Source of the DNA: Thermomicrobiales bacterium
GTDB lineage: Bacteria > Chloroflexota > Chloroflexia > Thermomicrobiales > UBA6265
DNA length: 44,442 nt
Reading direction: 5' to 3'
NCBI GenBank assembly: GCA_047605145.1
Contig: JASGGF010000002.1
Coordinates: 1-44,442, forward strand
The translations under genes and the position numbers were made by a program. The notes beneath the pieces are model-generated. The model was not told the DNA's origin. It was given only the letters and a program-made list of their open reading frames with translations, and searched no databases. The stretch's first letter is position 1, and each line of letters begins with the position of its first letter. Shown in pieces: positions 30,385-39,370 of the stretch.

Positions 30385-31080
30385 ATGACCGCGCCTCATG
30401 AATCGCCGGCCGAGGCGGCCGTCGCCGTCCCCAGTTCCGCCGCTCCCGCTCCGGCCGCCGCCGGGAGTGGGTCTTTCCGCGTTGTCCGCGAGATCGTTGA
30501 AACGCTCCTGCTCGCCGCCCTGATCTTCTTCCTGGTGCGGCTGGTGGTGCTCAACTTCCGCGTCGATGGCGAGAGCATGCTGCCGAACCTCGATGACGGT
30601 CAGATGCTGCTGGTCAACCGCAACGCCTACGAGTTCCTCGACTGGCAGGGGCAGCGGCTGTACCCCTTCGATCCGCCGGAGCGCGGCGACATCGTGGTCT
30701 TCAATCCGCCGACCAACTCGGACAAGCCGTACATCAAGCGAATCATCGGCCTCCCTGGCGACGAGATCACGTTCGACAACCGGAACAACCGGGTTCTCGT
30801 CAACGGGGAGCCGCTGGAAGAGGACTACATCGCCTACCAGACCAATTGCCGGCCCCGGAATGACGACTACTGTGACGTGGTGGTTCAGCCCGATCACGTC
30901 TTCGTGCTGGGTGACCACCGCACCAACTCAAGCGATTCCCGGGTCTTCGGCGAAGTGCCAATGGAGAACATTATCGGCAAGGCCTGGTTCTCCTACTGGC
31001 CTGCCAACGACATCGGGTTTGTTCCGCACGAAAGCTACGATGACATTCCGGAGCCGGTAGCCGCATCACCCACGCCGTAG
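30385..31080 (+). CDS. lepB: signal peptidase I
   Basis: It has a TM anchor, the catalytic Ser box GESMLPNL, the Lys box YIKRIIGLPGDEI and GDHRTNSSDSRVFG. Confidence 0.9.
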   Translation: MTAPHESPAEAAVAVPSSAAPAPAAAGSGSFRVVREIVETLLLAALIFFLVRLVVLNFRVDGESMLPNLDDGQMLLVNRNAYEFLDWQGQRLYPFDPPERGDIVVFNPPTNSDKPYIKRIIGLPGDEITFDNRNNRVLVNGEPLEEDYIAYQTNCRPRNDDYCDVVVQPDHVFVLGDHRTNSSDSRVFGEVPMENIIGKAWFSYWPANDIGFVPHESYDDIPEPVAASPTP

Positions 31081-31229
31081 CGCGAGGTGTAAATCCATGC
31101 GGCGACAGTGGTTTCAGCGCCGAACCGGGTTGTAAACTTGCATCCGGCTCAGATGGGCATATGAGCCGCATCGCCCAGGAGAGCAATGACGCTTCCCGGA
31201 TTCGGAGTGCCGCGGTCGGAGGGTTTCGC

Positions 31230-31781
31230 ATGATCGAGACCGTGGTGGAAAGCATCAGGGTTAGCCTGGTCACACAACACCGCGTCGTCATCCTCAAGGA
31301 AGTCGACGGCGAACGGCACCTTCCCATCTGGATCGGGTCGTACGAGGCCGAAGCGATCGCCATGGAGTTGCAGGGCGTGACCGCGTCGCGGCCGCTCCCC
31401 TACGATCTCATGCGGACGATCATCGATGATCTGGGCGGCAGTGTGGAACGCATCACCGTCACTGATCTCTCTGACGACGTGTTCTACGCCCGCATCATCC
31501 TGCGTAAGGATGGTCGCGAGATCGAGGTAGATTCCCGGCCCAGCGACGCCATCGCGCTGGCGGTTCGGTCGCGTGTGCCCATCCTCGTCTATGTGTCCGT
31601 CATGACCAAGGCGGGCGTCGTCCTTAGCGGCGACGACGACACTGACATCGAACCCATCAGCGAGCCAGCCACCCCGGAACTCGAGCGCGCCGGCGACGTT
31701 GATGAAGAGAGACTCTCGGTCTTCCGCGATTTCATCAACACGCTGGATCTCGATGATTTTGATCGCAAGTCCGGCAACTGA
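31230..31781 (+). CDS. bifunctional nuclease (BFN/DUF151) domain protein with an acidic C-terminal tail
   Basis: VVILKEVDGERHLPIWIGSYEAEAIAMELQGV..RPLPYDLM ... DVFYARIIL ... VDSRPSDAIALAVR is the BFN domain pattern. The ATG at 31230 has GGAGGG upstream. Confidence 0.8.
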   Translation: MIETVVESIRVSLVTQHRVVILKEVDGERHLPIWIGSYEAEAIAMELQGVTASRPLPYDLMRTIIDDLGGSVERITVTDLSDDVFYARIILRKDGREIEVDSRPSDAIALAVRSRVPILVYVSVMTKAGVVLSGDDDTDIEPISEPATPELERAGDVDEERLSVFRDFINTLDLDDFDRKSGN

Positions 31782-31810
31782 GGCTGCTGCCTCCTACGAA
31801 AGCGATACCC

Positions 31811-32197
31811 ATGGATACCTCTGAGAAGCAGATCAAGCGAATCGTTCTGGACCGCATGGAGCGCTGCAGCGTCTGCCATCGTGGCTTCGAGACCGAGGAC
31901 GTGCACATCCTCTCCCGCAAGTCCGACATGTGGATGCTGATGGTCTCCTGCGGCGAGTGCCACGCGCGCAACTTCGTGGCCGCCGTCCTCGGCGATGGCG
32001 ACGCCGAAGAGGCCCAGCTCGCGCTGCGGCGGCTGGGCGAAGAGCACGTCCGGTCTGGCCTGGACTTTGAGACGGACGAGGACGAGGAGCCAGAAGGCGA
32101 GCCTGTTTCGGTGGACGACGTGCTGGAGATGCACTCGTTTCTGGACGCGTTCGATGGTGATTTCCAGTCCCTGTTTCGCCGGAGCCAGGGGCGTTAG
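31811..32197 (+). CDS. small zinc-ribbon protein with an acidic C-terminal tail, function unknown
   Basis: 128 aa. It has CSVC...(22 aa)...CGEC followed by an acidic segment. It starts 29 nt after the BFN gene on the same strand. No family recognised. Confidence 0.5.
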   Translation: MDTSEKQIKRIVLDRMERCSVCHRGFETEDVHILSRKSDMWMLMVSCGECHARNFVAAVLGDGDAEEAQLALRRLGEEHVRSGLDFETDEDEEPEGEPVSVDDVLEMHSFLDAFDGDFQSLFRRSQGR

Positions 32198-32214
32198 CCG
32201 CCCAGTCCAATTCG

Positions 32215-32243
32215 TTGACCCACTTCGGGGACGGACATATACT
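32215..32243 (+). promoter_or_regulatory. near-consensus sigma70-type promoter (TTGACC-17 nt-TATACT) upstream of the nuoE/nuoF-like pair
   Basis: TTGACC at 32215..32220, an exact 17-nt spacer, TATACT at 32238..32243, in a locally AT-richer spacer. Confidence 0.55.
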
Positions 32244-32273
32244 CGCCACCGAACGTGAAGTTTCGGTCCATCA

Positions 32274-32927
32274 TTGTTGGACTTTTCGTGCGTTCAGCGG
32301 GAGCTGAAATTGGAAGAGGTGGCGCCGGTCATTACCGGCCAGTCTGGAAGTCCGGCGCAGCGCACGCACGACGATGAGATCCTCAATGGTGTGATCGATC
32401 TCGATGTCGTGCGCGAGATGCTGACGCATTTCCCCTACCGTGATCACCAGGAAGCCCAGGAGCTCATCCTCTCGGCGCTGCAGGAGATCAACGAGCACTT
32501 CGGGTGGGTGTCCCTCCCGGCGGCAGATGTCGTCGCCGAGCACTTCGGGACTTCGGCCAGCCGCATCTACGGGTTACTGACGTTCTACGCTGACTTTCGC
32601 ACGCAGCCCCGCGGTCGCCACTTCATGCTGCTCTGCCACGGCATGGCGTGCTACGTGCTGGGCTCGCAGCGCCTCGTGCAGGATCTCGAAGACACCTACG
32701 GCATTCGCGACGGCGGCACGACCGCCGATGGCGAACTGACCGTGCAGGTGGTCAACGGCTGTCTTGGCGCCTGCGACATCGCCCCCCTCTGCAAGCTGGA
32801 TGCTGACTTCCACGGCGAGCTGACCGTGGAGAAGCTCAACGCTGTCATCCGCGACGCAATCGCGGGCGACGGAACCTGGCGCGATGCTCACCCGCATCCG
32901 GCAGCGAACGGGAGCAGCCATGGTTGA
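32274..32927 (+). CDS. NuoE-like [2Fe-2S] thioredoxin-fold flavoprotein subunit (24-kDa subunit family)
   Basis: LTFYADF ... LLCHGMACYVLG ... VNGCLGACDIAP gives the C-x4-C...C-x3-C cluster ligands. The start is uncertain: TTG at 32274, or TTG at 32310 with GGGAG 6 nt upstream. Confidence 0.8.
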   Translation: MLDFSCVQRELKLEEVAPVITGQSGSPAQRTHDDEILNGVIDLDVVREMLTHFPYRDHQEAQELILSALQEINEHFGWVSLPAADVVAEHFGTSASRIYGLLTFYADFRTQPRGRHFMLLCHGMACYVLGSQRLVQDLEDTYGIRDGGTTADGELTVQVVNGCLGACDIAPLCKLDADFHGELTVEKLNAVIRDAIAGDGTWRDAHPHPAANGSSHG

Positions 32928-34629
32928 GAAACTCGCGTCCCGCGCGGATTTCGACGCGTATCTGGCGTCGGCGCAGGCAAACTGGGACGACCTCTGGCAC
33001 AATGACAAGCTGGTCGTAAGTGTCAACGTGGACAGCGGCTCCATTCCCAAGGGCGCCGAACGCATTCTGGGAATGCTGCGGGGCATCCTCGGTGAGACCG
33101 ACGCCGTGGTGCGGCAGGTCAGCGGCACGGGCGCCATGTGGGCCGATGTCGCCGTCGAAATCAAGCACCCGGGCAAGCCGCCGATTCTCTACCGCAATGT
33201 CACCACAGACAACGTGGGCGCGCTGCTGGCCGGCGAGTTACAGGAGCACGCGGTCGGCGTGCGCGGCGATGTCGCGTTCGATGGCATCCCGCCCCTGAAC
33301 GACCACCCCTTCTTCAAACATCAGCAGCGCATTGTCCTCGACAACGCGGGCATCATGGATCCCGATTCCATCGAGGAAGCCATTGCGCTCGGAGCGTACA
33401 GCGGCCTGATGAAGGTGCTGTTCGAGATGACCCCGGAAGAGGTCATCGCCGAGGTGACGGCCTCCGGCCTGCGCGGCCGGGGCGGCGCCGGCTTCCCGGC
33501 GGGCATCAAGTGGGAGAGCGGGCGCAAGGCGCGCGTGAAGCCCAAGTTCGTGGTGGTCAACTCCCACGAGGGTGAGCCGAACGTCTACAAGGACCGCCGC
33601 ATCCACGAGTGCGATCCCCACAAGATCCTCGAAGGCATGATCATCTCCAGCGTCACGAACGGCGCGGAGCGCGCCTACAACTACATCGGCGGCGAGTACC
33701 CGTTAGCCATCAAGCGCTTCCGCAAGGCGGTTGCCGACGCGGAACGGCTCGGCCTGATTGGCGACAATATTCTCGGCACGGGCCACAGCGTGGAAGTACG
33801 CGTGCGCACCGGCGGTGGCGCCTATGTCTGCGGCGAAGGCTCGGCGCTGATGTACTCGGTGATGGGTGTGCGCGGGCAGCCGCGTACCAAGCCGCCGCGC
33901 TCCGTCGAAGAGGGCCTCTGGAAGCGTCCCACCATCCTGAACAACACCGAAACCCTCGCGAACGTCCCCGCCATCATCAACAAGGGCGGCGCGTGGTTCG
34001 CCGGCATCGGCACGGAGAAGAGTACCGGCACCAAGCTGATGACCGTGCAGGGCGCGCTCAACTACGTTGGCCTCGTCGAAGTGCCGATGGGGGTCAATCT
34101 CAAGGTTCTCGTCGAGGAAATCTGGGGCGGCATGCGCCCGGGCCACGAGTTTGTCGGCATCCAGACCGGCGGCGTTTCCGCCGGCCCGCTAACCGCCGAA
34201 CTGTTGGACAACCCGGTCGATTTCGACTCCCTGACCAGCATCGGCGGCATGCTGGGCTCTGGCGGCTTCGTGGTCTTCGACCAGACCGTCTGCCCGGTCG
34301 ACTTCGCCCGGTACCTGATGGCCTTCAATCGCGTCGAGTCCTGCTCGAAGTGCGTGCCCTGCCGTCTCGGCAACCCGGCGCTGGTCGAGATGCTCGACCG
34401 GATCCGCCTCGGGGCCGGCAACATCAACGACCTGCCCCTGATGGAGCGCACCTCGAAGCACATCATCGAGCTGTCATTGTGCGGCCTCGGTCAGGTGGCT
34501 CCCATGCCCCTGCTCGGCATGCTCAAGATGTACCCCGAGTCGTTCCGCGAGCACATCACCACGCACACCTGTACCGCCGGGGTATGTGAGATGGGCGGCG
34601 TGCCGCAGCTCGCCGCCGTCGCAGACTAG
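32920..34629 (+). CDS. NuoF-like FMN/[4Fe-4S] flavoprotein subunit (51-kDa family) with a cysteine-free N-terminal thioredoxin-like domain
   Basis: GLRGRGGAGFPAGIKW, GGGAYVCGEGSAL, NNTETLANVP and the cluster motif ESCSKCVPCRLG...SLCGLG are present. The ATG at 32920 has GGGAG upstream and overlaps the nuoE-like stop (ATGGTTGA). Confidence 0.88.
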   Translation: MVEKLASRADFDAYLASAQANWDDLWHNDKLVVSVNVDSGSIPKGAERILGMLRGILGETDAVVRQVSGTGAMWADVAVEIKHPGKPPILYRNVTTDNVGALLAGELQEHAVGVRGDVAFDGIPPLNDHPFFKHQQRIVLDNAGIMDPDSIEEAIALGAYSGLMKVLFEMTPEEVIAEVTASGLRGRGGAGFPAGIKWESGRKARVKPKFVVVNSHEGEPNVYKDRRIHECDPHKILEGMIISSVTNGAERAYNYIGGEYPLAIKRFRKAVADAERLGLIGDNILGTGHSVEVRVRTGGGAYVCGEGSALMYSVMGVRGQPRTKPPRSVEEGLWKRPTILNNTETLANVPAIINKGGAWFAGIGTEKSTGTKLMTVQGALNYVGLVEVPMGVNLKVLVEEIWGGMRPGHEFVGIQTGGVSAGPLTAELLDNPVDFDSLTSIGGMLGSGGFVVFDQTVCPVDFARYLMAFNRVESCSKCVPCRLGNPALVEMLDRIRLGAGNINDLPLMERTSKHIIELSLCGLGQVAPMPLLGMLKMYPESFREHITTHTCTAGVCEMGGVPQLAAVAD

Positions 34630-34650
34630 GCCGGTTCCGACGTCGGGAAT

Positions 34651-34674
34651 GACCTCGCGCTACTGCGCGAGGTC
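34651..34674. terminator. hairpin at the convergent nuoF-like / cyclodeaminase junction
   Basis: Perfect 9-bp stem GACCTCGCG / CGCGAGGTC with loop CTACTG. The loop contains the minus-strand stop codon. The hairpin lies 22 nt after the nuoF-like stop. No U-tract. Confidence 0.4.
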
Positions 34675-35652
34675 AATCTCGATCCCCAATCCCTGCTCGC
34701 GAGCGCGCTCAACCGCGCGCTTTGCCACCACCATATCCTGCACCGCGTTCCCGACTGACTTGAAGAACGTGATCTCCTCAGCGGACGTGCGGCCGGTGGC
34801 GTCGCCGTTTACCAGCATCCCCAGTTCTTTCGCGAAATGCGCGCGGTCCACCAGCCCGTTGTTCAGCGGGATGATGAGGTCGCCACCCTCTTCCAGCGCT
34901 GCGTCGATGGCGTCCACCACGACCGTGGCCCGCGCCACCGTCTCCGCGGGCACCTCCTGCATCTGCGGCGTGTAGGCGCCCACCCCGCTGACATGCGTTC
35001 CCGGCTTCAAGTCAGCATCGCTGAACACCGGCTTGCGAGACGTCGTCGCCGTGCACACGATGTCAGACACACGGACCGCGCCGGCGCTGTCCGTCGACGT
35101 CTCGACCAACCCCACCAGATCCGGCCAGTCCTGCGCAATGCCGGCCTTCAACCGCTCCAGCGCTGCGTCGTTCACGTCCACCGCGATGACGCGCTCGATA
35201 GGCCGTACCGCGCAGATAGCGGCAATTTGGGTCACGCCCTGTGCCCCGGCGCCAATCACCGTCAGCACGCGGCTGTCAGGGCGCGCCAGCAGATCCGCGG
35301 CGGCGCCAGACACGGCGCCGGTGCGCAGCGCCGTCAGGTAGGCGCCATCCATGATCGCCATCGGCTGCCCGGTCGTCGTGTCCACCAGCATGACCAGCGC
35401 GTGGATGGCTGGCAGCCCCTGCGCCGGATTGTTGCGGAACACGTTGACCGATTTCAGGCCGAGCGCGTCCATTGCTGGCACGTAGGCCGGCATGAAAAGC
35501 GCGTCCGCCTCCCGGTCCGGCAGCGGAATGACCGTGCGCAAGGGCGAAACCGTGCGCCCGGCGGAGAGTTCGCCGAACGCCTGCTTCATGAGTGCGATGG
35601 CATCGGGCATCGAGACTAGCGCCCGCACCTGATTTCGTGTCAACGCCAACAT
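34660..35652 (-). CDS. ornithine cyclodeaminase / mu-crystallin family protein
   Basis: MPDAIALMKQAF ... MPAY ... LGLKSVNVFRNN ... TALRTGAVSG ... VIGAGAQG is the family pattern with its Rossmann motif. The ATG at 35652 has GAGGGAG upstream. Confidence 0.85.
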   Translation of the reverse strand: MLALTRNQVRALVSMPDAIALMKQAFGELSAGRTVSPLRTVIPLPDREADALFMPAYVPAMDALGLKSVNVFRNNPAQGLPAIHALVMLVDTTTGQPMAIMDGAYLTALRTGAVSGAAADLLARPDSRVLTVIGAGAQGVTQIAAICAVRPIERVIAVDVNDAALERLKAGIAQDWPDLVGLVETSTDSAGAVRVSDIVCTATTSRKPVFSDADLKPGTHVSGVGAYTPQMQEVPAETVARATVVVDAIDAALEEGGDLIIPLNNGLVDRAHFAKELGMLVNGDATGRTSAEEITFFKSVGNAVQDMVVAKRAVERAREQGLGIEIDLAQ

Positions 35653-35862
35653 GGATGGTTGTCTCCCTCGTATGTCGTCACCCCAGACCTGGCAGTCTAT
35701 CGCCCACTGGCGGGGTGAACAACAGCGCCGTCTACGACGTTCCAACGGTGACAAATGGGTGACGCGGGCCGGGGGTGGCCCGGAAACGCTGTGCTATACA
35801 TGCTCGCGGCCGGCGCCCGGGCACAGAACGCACCGCCCCGCGGCCAACAAGGAGCCAACACC

Positions 35863-37818
35863 ATGACGAGCCGCGCGCACGAGCGGGCCAATCACGCGGA
35901 GTCGCAGACGCCGCTGCTCGACCGCATTGCCTCACCGGACGATCTCAAGCGCATCCCCCTTTCCAATCTTCCCGCGCTGGCTGACGAGATCCGCAGTGAG
36001 CTCATCACGATTGTCAGCCGCAATGGCGGTCACCTCGGCGCCTCGCTCGGGGCGGTGGAACTGACGATTGCGCTGCACTGGGTCTTTTCGTCGCCGCGAG
36101 ACCGCATTGTCTGGGACGTCGGGCACCAGGCCTACACGCACAAACTGCTGACCGGCCGCCGGGAGCGCTTCACGACCCTTCGGCAAGAGGGCGGCATCTC
36201 TGGCTTCCTCTCCCGCGACGAGAGCGAGCACGATGCCTTCGGAGCCGGCCACGCCTCCACCTCGATCTCGGCGGCGCTGGGAATGGCCGTAGCCTTCTCG
36301 CAAGGCCCCGATCCCGACCGGCGCGTGGTCGCCGTCATCGGGGACGGCGCGCTAACCGGCGGGATGGCGTTCGAGGCGCTCAACAACGCCGGCATCCTTG
36401 ATCTGCCCTTCCTCGTGATCCTGAACGACAACGAGATGTCGATTGCGCCCAACGTGGGCGCGCTCTCCCAGTACCTTGACCGCGTGCGCACCGATCCCCG
36501 GTACAACCGCGCCAAGGACGAGATTGCGCGCATCGCCGACCGGCTGCCGCAAGGCGATCTCCTCGTGGAGCTGGGCAAGCGGTGGAAGGACTCCGTCAAG
36601 GAGTTCCTGTACCACTCGATGATCTGGGAGGAGCTCGGCTTCACCTACATGGGCCCGGTGGACGGCCACGACACCCGGGGATTGGTAGAGGCGCTGCGTC
36701 AGGCGAAGCTGGTCAACGGCCCGGTCTTCCTGCACGTCGTCACCGAAAAGGGCCGGGGCTTCGCCGCCGCGAAGACGGACCGCGAGCGCGGCCATGCCGT
36801 GTCGGCGCCGGCGCCGAAGGGCGCGCCAGCGTCGCCGCCCAAGTATCAGGACGTCTTCGCCGAGACGGTGATCGAGCTCGCTAACAGTGACCCGCGCGTG
36901 GTCGCGATCACAGCGGCGATGCCGACCGGCACCTCGCTGGCGAAGTTTCAGGCGAAGCACCCGGAGCGCTTCTTCGACGTCGGCATCGCGGAACAGCACG
37001 CCGTCACCTTCGCTGCCGGGTTGGCCGCTGAAGGCATGCGCCCGGTCGTCGGCATCTATTCGACGTTTCTCCAGCGGGCGTACGACCAGATCGTGCACGA
37101 TGTCTGCCTGCAGCGCCTTCCAGTTACGTTCGCCCTCGACCGCGCTGGTTTCGCGGGTGATGACGGGCGCACCCACCACGGCATCTTCGACCTCTCGTAC
37201 TTGCGGTGCCTCCCGAACATGACGGTTATGGCGCCGAAGGACGAAAACGAACTGCGGATGATGCTGACCACCGCCATTCAGGAGATTGACGGCCCGGTCG
37301 CCATTCGCTACCCGCGCGGCGCCGGGGTTGGCGTCGCGATGACCGACACGCTGCACCCGCTGCCGGTGGGCCGGGCCGAAATACTGCGCGAAGGCGGGGA
37401 TGTCGCCATCCTTGCGGTTGGCTCCATGGTCCTTGCCGCCGACCGCGCCGCCGACCAGTTGCAGGCGGAGGGCATTCAGGCCACCGTCGTCAACGCCCGT
37501 TTCGTGAAGCCGCTCGACGCTCGGCTGTTCCGGCGCCTCGCAGACGAAATCGGCGCCATCGTGACGGTGGAAGAAAGCGCGGCCGCCGGTGGCTTCGGGT
37601 CCGGGGTGCTTGAGTTGCTCTCGGCCTCCGGTCACGCGGCGCCGGTGCGGGTGCTGGGCGTGCCTGACCGCGTCTTTGAGCACGCGTCACAGGGGCGCTT
37701 GCGTGAGCTGGCGGGGCTCGATGCCGCCGGGATCGCCGCCGCCGCCCGGGACGTCCTGAAGGAACGCGCTGCAATTCAGGCGTTGCCTCCAGTCGCCGCC
37801 GCCGGGAGTGTCAGGTAG
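35863..37818 (+). CDS. dxs: 1-deoxy-D-xylulose-5-phosphate synthase
   Basis: GGHLGASLGAVELTIALH, DVGHQAYTHKLLTGR, the TPP motif IGDGALTGGMAFEALNN...NDN, and AEQHAVTFAAGLA are present. AAGGAG lies upstream of the ATG. Confidence 0.95.
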   Translation: MTSRAHERANHAESQTPLLDRIASPDDLKRIPLSNLPALADEIRSELITIVSRNGGHLGASLGAVELTIALHWVFSSPRDRIVWDVGHQAYTHKLLTGRRERFTTLRQEGGISGFLSRDESEHDAFGAGHASTSISAALGMAVAFSQGPDPDRRVVAVIGDGALTGGMAFEALNNAGILDLPFLVILNDNEMSIAPNVGALSQYLDRVRTDPRYNRAKDEIARIADRLPQGDLLVELGKRWKDSVKEFLYHSMIWEELGFTYMGPVDGHDTRGLVEALRQAKLVNGPVFLHVVTEKGRGFAAAKTDRERGHAVSAPAPKGAPASPPKYQDVFAETVIELANSDPRVVAITAAMPTGTSLAKFQAKHPERFFDVGIAEQHAVTFAAGLAAEGMRPVVGIYSTFLQRAYDQIVHDVCLQRLPVTFALDRAGFAGDDGRTHHGIFDLSYLRCLPNMTVMAPKDENELRMMLTTAIQEIDGPVAIRYPRGAGVGVAMTDTLHPLPVGRAEILREGGDVAILAVGSMVLAADRAADQLQAEGIQATVVNARFVKPLDARLFRRLADEIGAIVTVEESAAAGGFGSGVLELLSASGHAAPVRVLGVPDRVFEHASQGRLRELAGLDAAGIAAAARDVLKERAAIQALPPVAAAGSVR

Positions 37819-37885
37819 ACTCGAGGCACGAATCCATTCGAGCGCGCCCCTCGCGGGGCGCCCAAGCATCCGGGCGAGGCCACGT

Positions 37886-38689
37886 GTGACCAGCTCATCC
37901 CTCTCGCCGCCGGACGCGCCACCCCTTTCGGTCGTGCCGGCGCAACACAACGCAGAGGCGCCGTGGCCGGGGCTCGCCGCGGCTGCAGCCGCACGCGGCG
38001 TCCTCGTTGGGACGGATGCGCTCGCTCAACTGATCACCTATCGGGATCTCCTCGCCGAGCGCAGCCTGCAGTTCAACCTCACGGCGATTCGAGACCCGGA
38101 GGGCATCGAGCGCCGGCTGATGCTCGATGCGCTTTCGATGATCCCCGCGCTCGACGCGTGGCTGCCGGCAGCCGAGGGCAGATCGCCCCGCGCAATTGAC
38201 GTTGGCAGCGGCGCTGGTTTCCCCGGACTCGTGCTAAAAATCGCCCGGCCCGATCTGGACGTGGTGCTGATCGACGCCACGGGAAAGAAAGTTCGCTTCC
38301 TTCAGGAGGTCATTGAGGCCACGGGGTTGCGCGGCATTTCGGCTGTGCACGGCCGCGCCGAAGAATTGGCGCGTGATCCGTCGTACCGGGAGCGGTTCCA
38401 CCTCACCACTGCGCGGGCAGTTGCCAGCTTGCCGGTGCTGCTTGAGCTGACCACGCCGTTTCTCGATGTTGGCGGTGTCGGGCTGTTCCCCAAAAGCCTC
38501 GATCTGGATGCCGAACTCAAGCACAGTGCGCACGCCGCCAGGGTTCTTGGCTGCCGGTTTGCCTCGTCAGTGCTAATGCCGGGAGAAGAGTCGCGGCTGG
38601 TCATCGTCGAAAAGACCACCCTAACTCCCCGGGCCTATCCACGCGCGACTGGCATCCCGTCGCAAACGCCGTTAGGGGGCGCGTCGTGA
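37886..38689 (+). CDS. rsmG: 16S rRNA (guanine527-N7)-methyltransferase RsmG (GidB)
   Basis: FNLTAIRDPEGIERRLMLDAL ... IDVGSGAGFPGLVLKIARPDL.VVLIDATGKKVRFL ... HGRAEE are present. The start is uncertain; GTG at 37886 with GAGG upstream is chosen, and GTG at 37934 is also possible. Confidence 0.85.
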   Translation: MTSSSLSPPDAPPLSVVPAQHNAEAPWPGLAAAAAARGVLVGTDALAQLITYRDLLAERSLQFNLTAIRDPEGIERRLMLDALSMIPALDAWLPAAEGRSPRAIDVGSGAGFPGLVLKIARPDLDVVLIDATGKKVRFLQEVIEATGLRGISAVHGRAEELARDPSYRERFHLTTARAVASLPVLLELTTPFLDVGGVGLFPKSLDLDAELKHSAHAARVLGCRFASSVLMPGEESRLVIVEKTTLTPRAYPRATGIPSQTPLGGAS

Positions 38690-39273
38690 CCGCCGCGCCC
38701 CGGGTTTGCACGCCACGCATCTTCTACCGCAAGGAAAAACTGCGCGGCGCCTGCTGGGAATATCAGGTTTCCGGCGGTTGGATGACCGTCGAGACGCCCG
38801 AGGGCGCGCGAGACCTCCTGCACCACCGGTTCGCGTTCTACCGCGCGCGCGAGGTCGAGGTGCGGACGCCGGCCGGCATCGAACGCATGCACCGCACCGG
38901 GGCCGAGCAATGGTTCTTCCCGGACCGCTGGTTCTCCCTGTTGCGGTTCATCACTTCCGATGATCGCACGGTTGGTTATTACGTCAACTTCTCCCGGCCG
39001 CTGGCCGAACTGCGCGCCAATTACTACCGGGATCTGGACCTCGAACTCGATCTCTGGATCGAGCCGGATGGCACCTCGACCGAGCTGGACCGGGACGAGT
39101 TTGCTGCTGAGGTTGCCACCGAGCGCCTGACCCGCGAGTGGGCGACGGCTGTCGATGAAGCCTGTGTCTCCGTCTCCGACGCCGTAACGGAGTCGATCCT
39201 GCGCCACGGGCCGGATATGGAACTCGATCGCGATCCGGTCACCGGCATCCCCGGCTTCATCCTCCGCGCTTGA
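38686..39273 (+). CDS. DUF402 domain protein (FAU-1 / nucleoside di-triphosphatase-like fold family)
   Basis: GYYVNFSRPL ... YYRDLDLELDLWIEPDG is the characteristic DUF402 core. The GTG start overlaps the rsmG stop (GTGA). Confidence 0.7.
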   Translation: MTAAPRVCTPRIFYRKEKLRGACWEYQVSGGWMTVETPEGARDLLHHRFAFYRAREVEVRTPAGIERMHRTGAEQWFFPDRWFSLLRFITSDDRTVGYYVNFSRPLAELRANYYRDLDLELDLWIEPDGTSTELDRDEFAAEVATERLTREWATAVDEACVSVSDAVTESILRHGPDMELDRDPVTGIPGFILRA

Positions 39274-39370
39274 GCTGACGGCCTCCCATTGACACGCTTG
39301 ATGACCAGGAGCTCCCGGCTTCTCGTGGCCAGCCTGAATCCGCCGATCCCAACGACAGCTGGAGGCTGAG

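Noticed and set aside
31097-31135. 12-codon mini-ORF (MRRQWFQRRTGL) and a small hairpin in the lepB / BFN intergenic region
   Set aside because: It has no SD and no conservation evidence, and its length is well within chance expectation.
34637-34646. 10-nt palindrome CCGACGTCGG after the nuoF-like gene
   Set aside because: It is too short and GC-rich to be meaningful alone. The adjacent 9-bp-stem hairpin (34651..34674) is the more plausible structural element.
35653-35862. Possible TPP riboswitch or other leader RNA in the 210-nt region upstream of dxs
   Set aside because: I could not find the conserved TPP-element core (CUGAGA ... ACCUGA type) or a convincing multi-stem fold by eye. This is more likely just a divergent promoter region.
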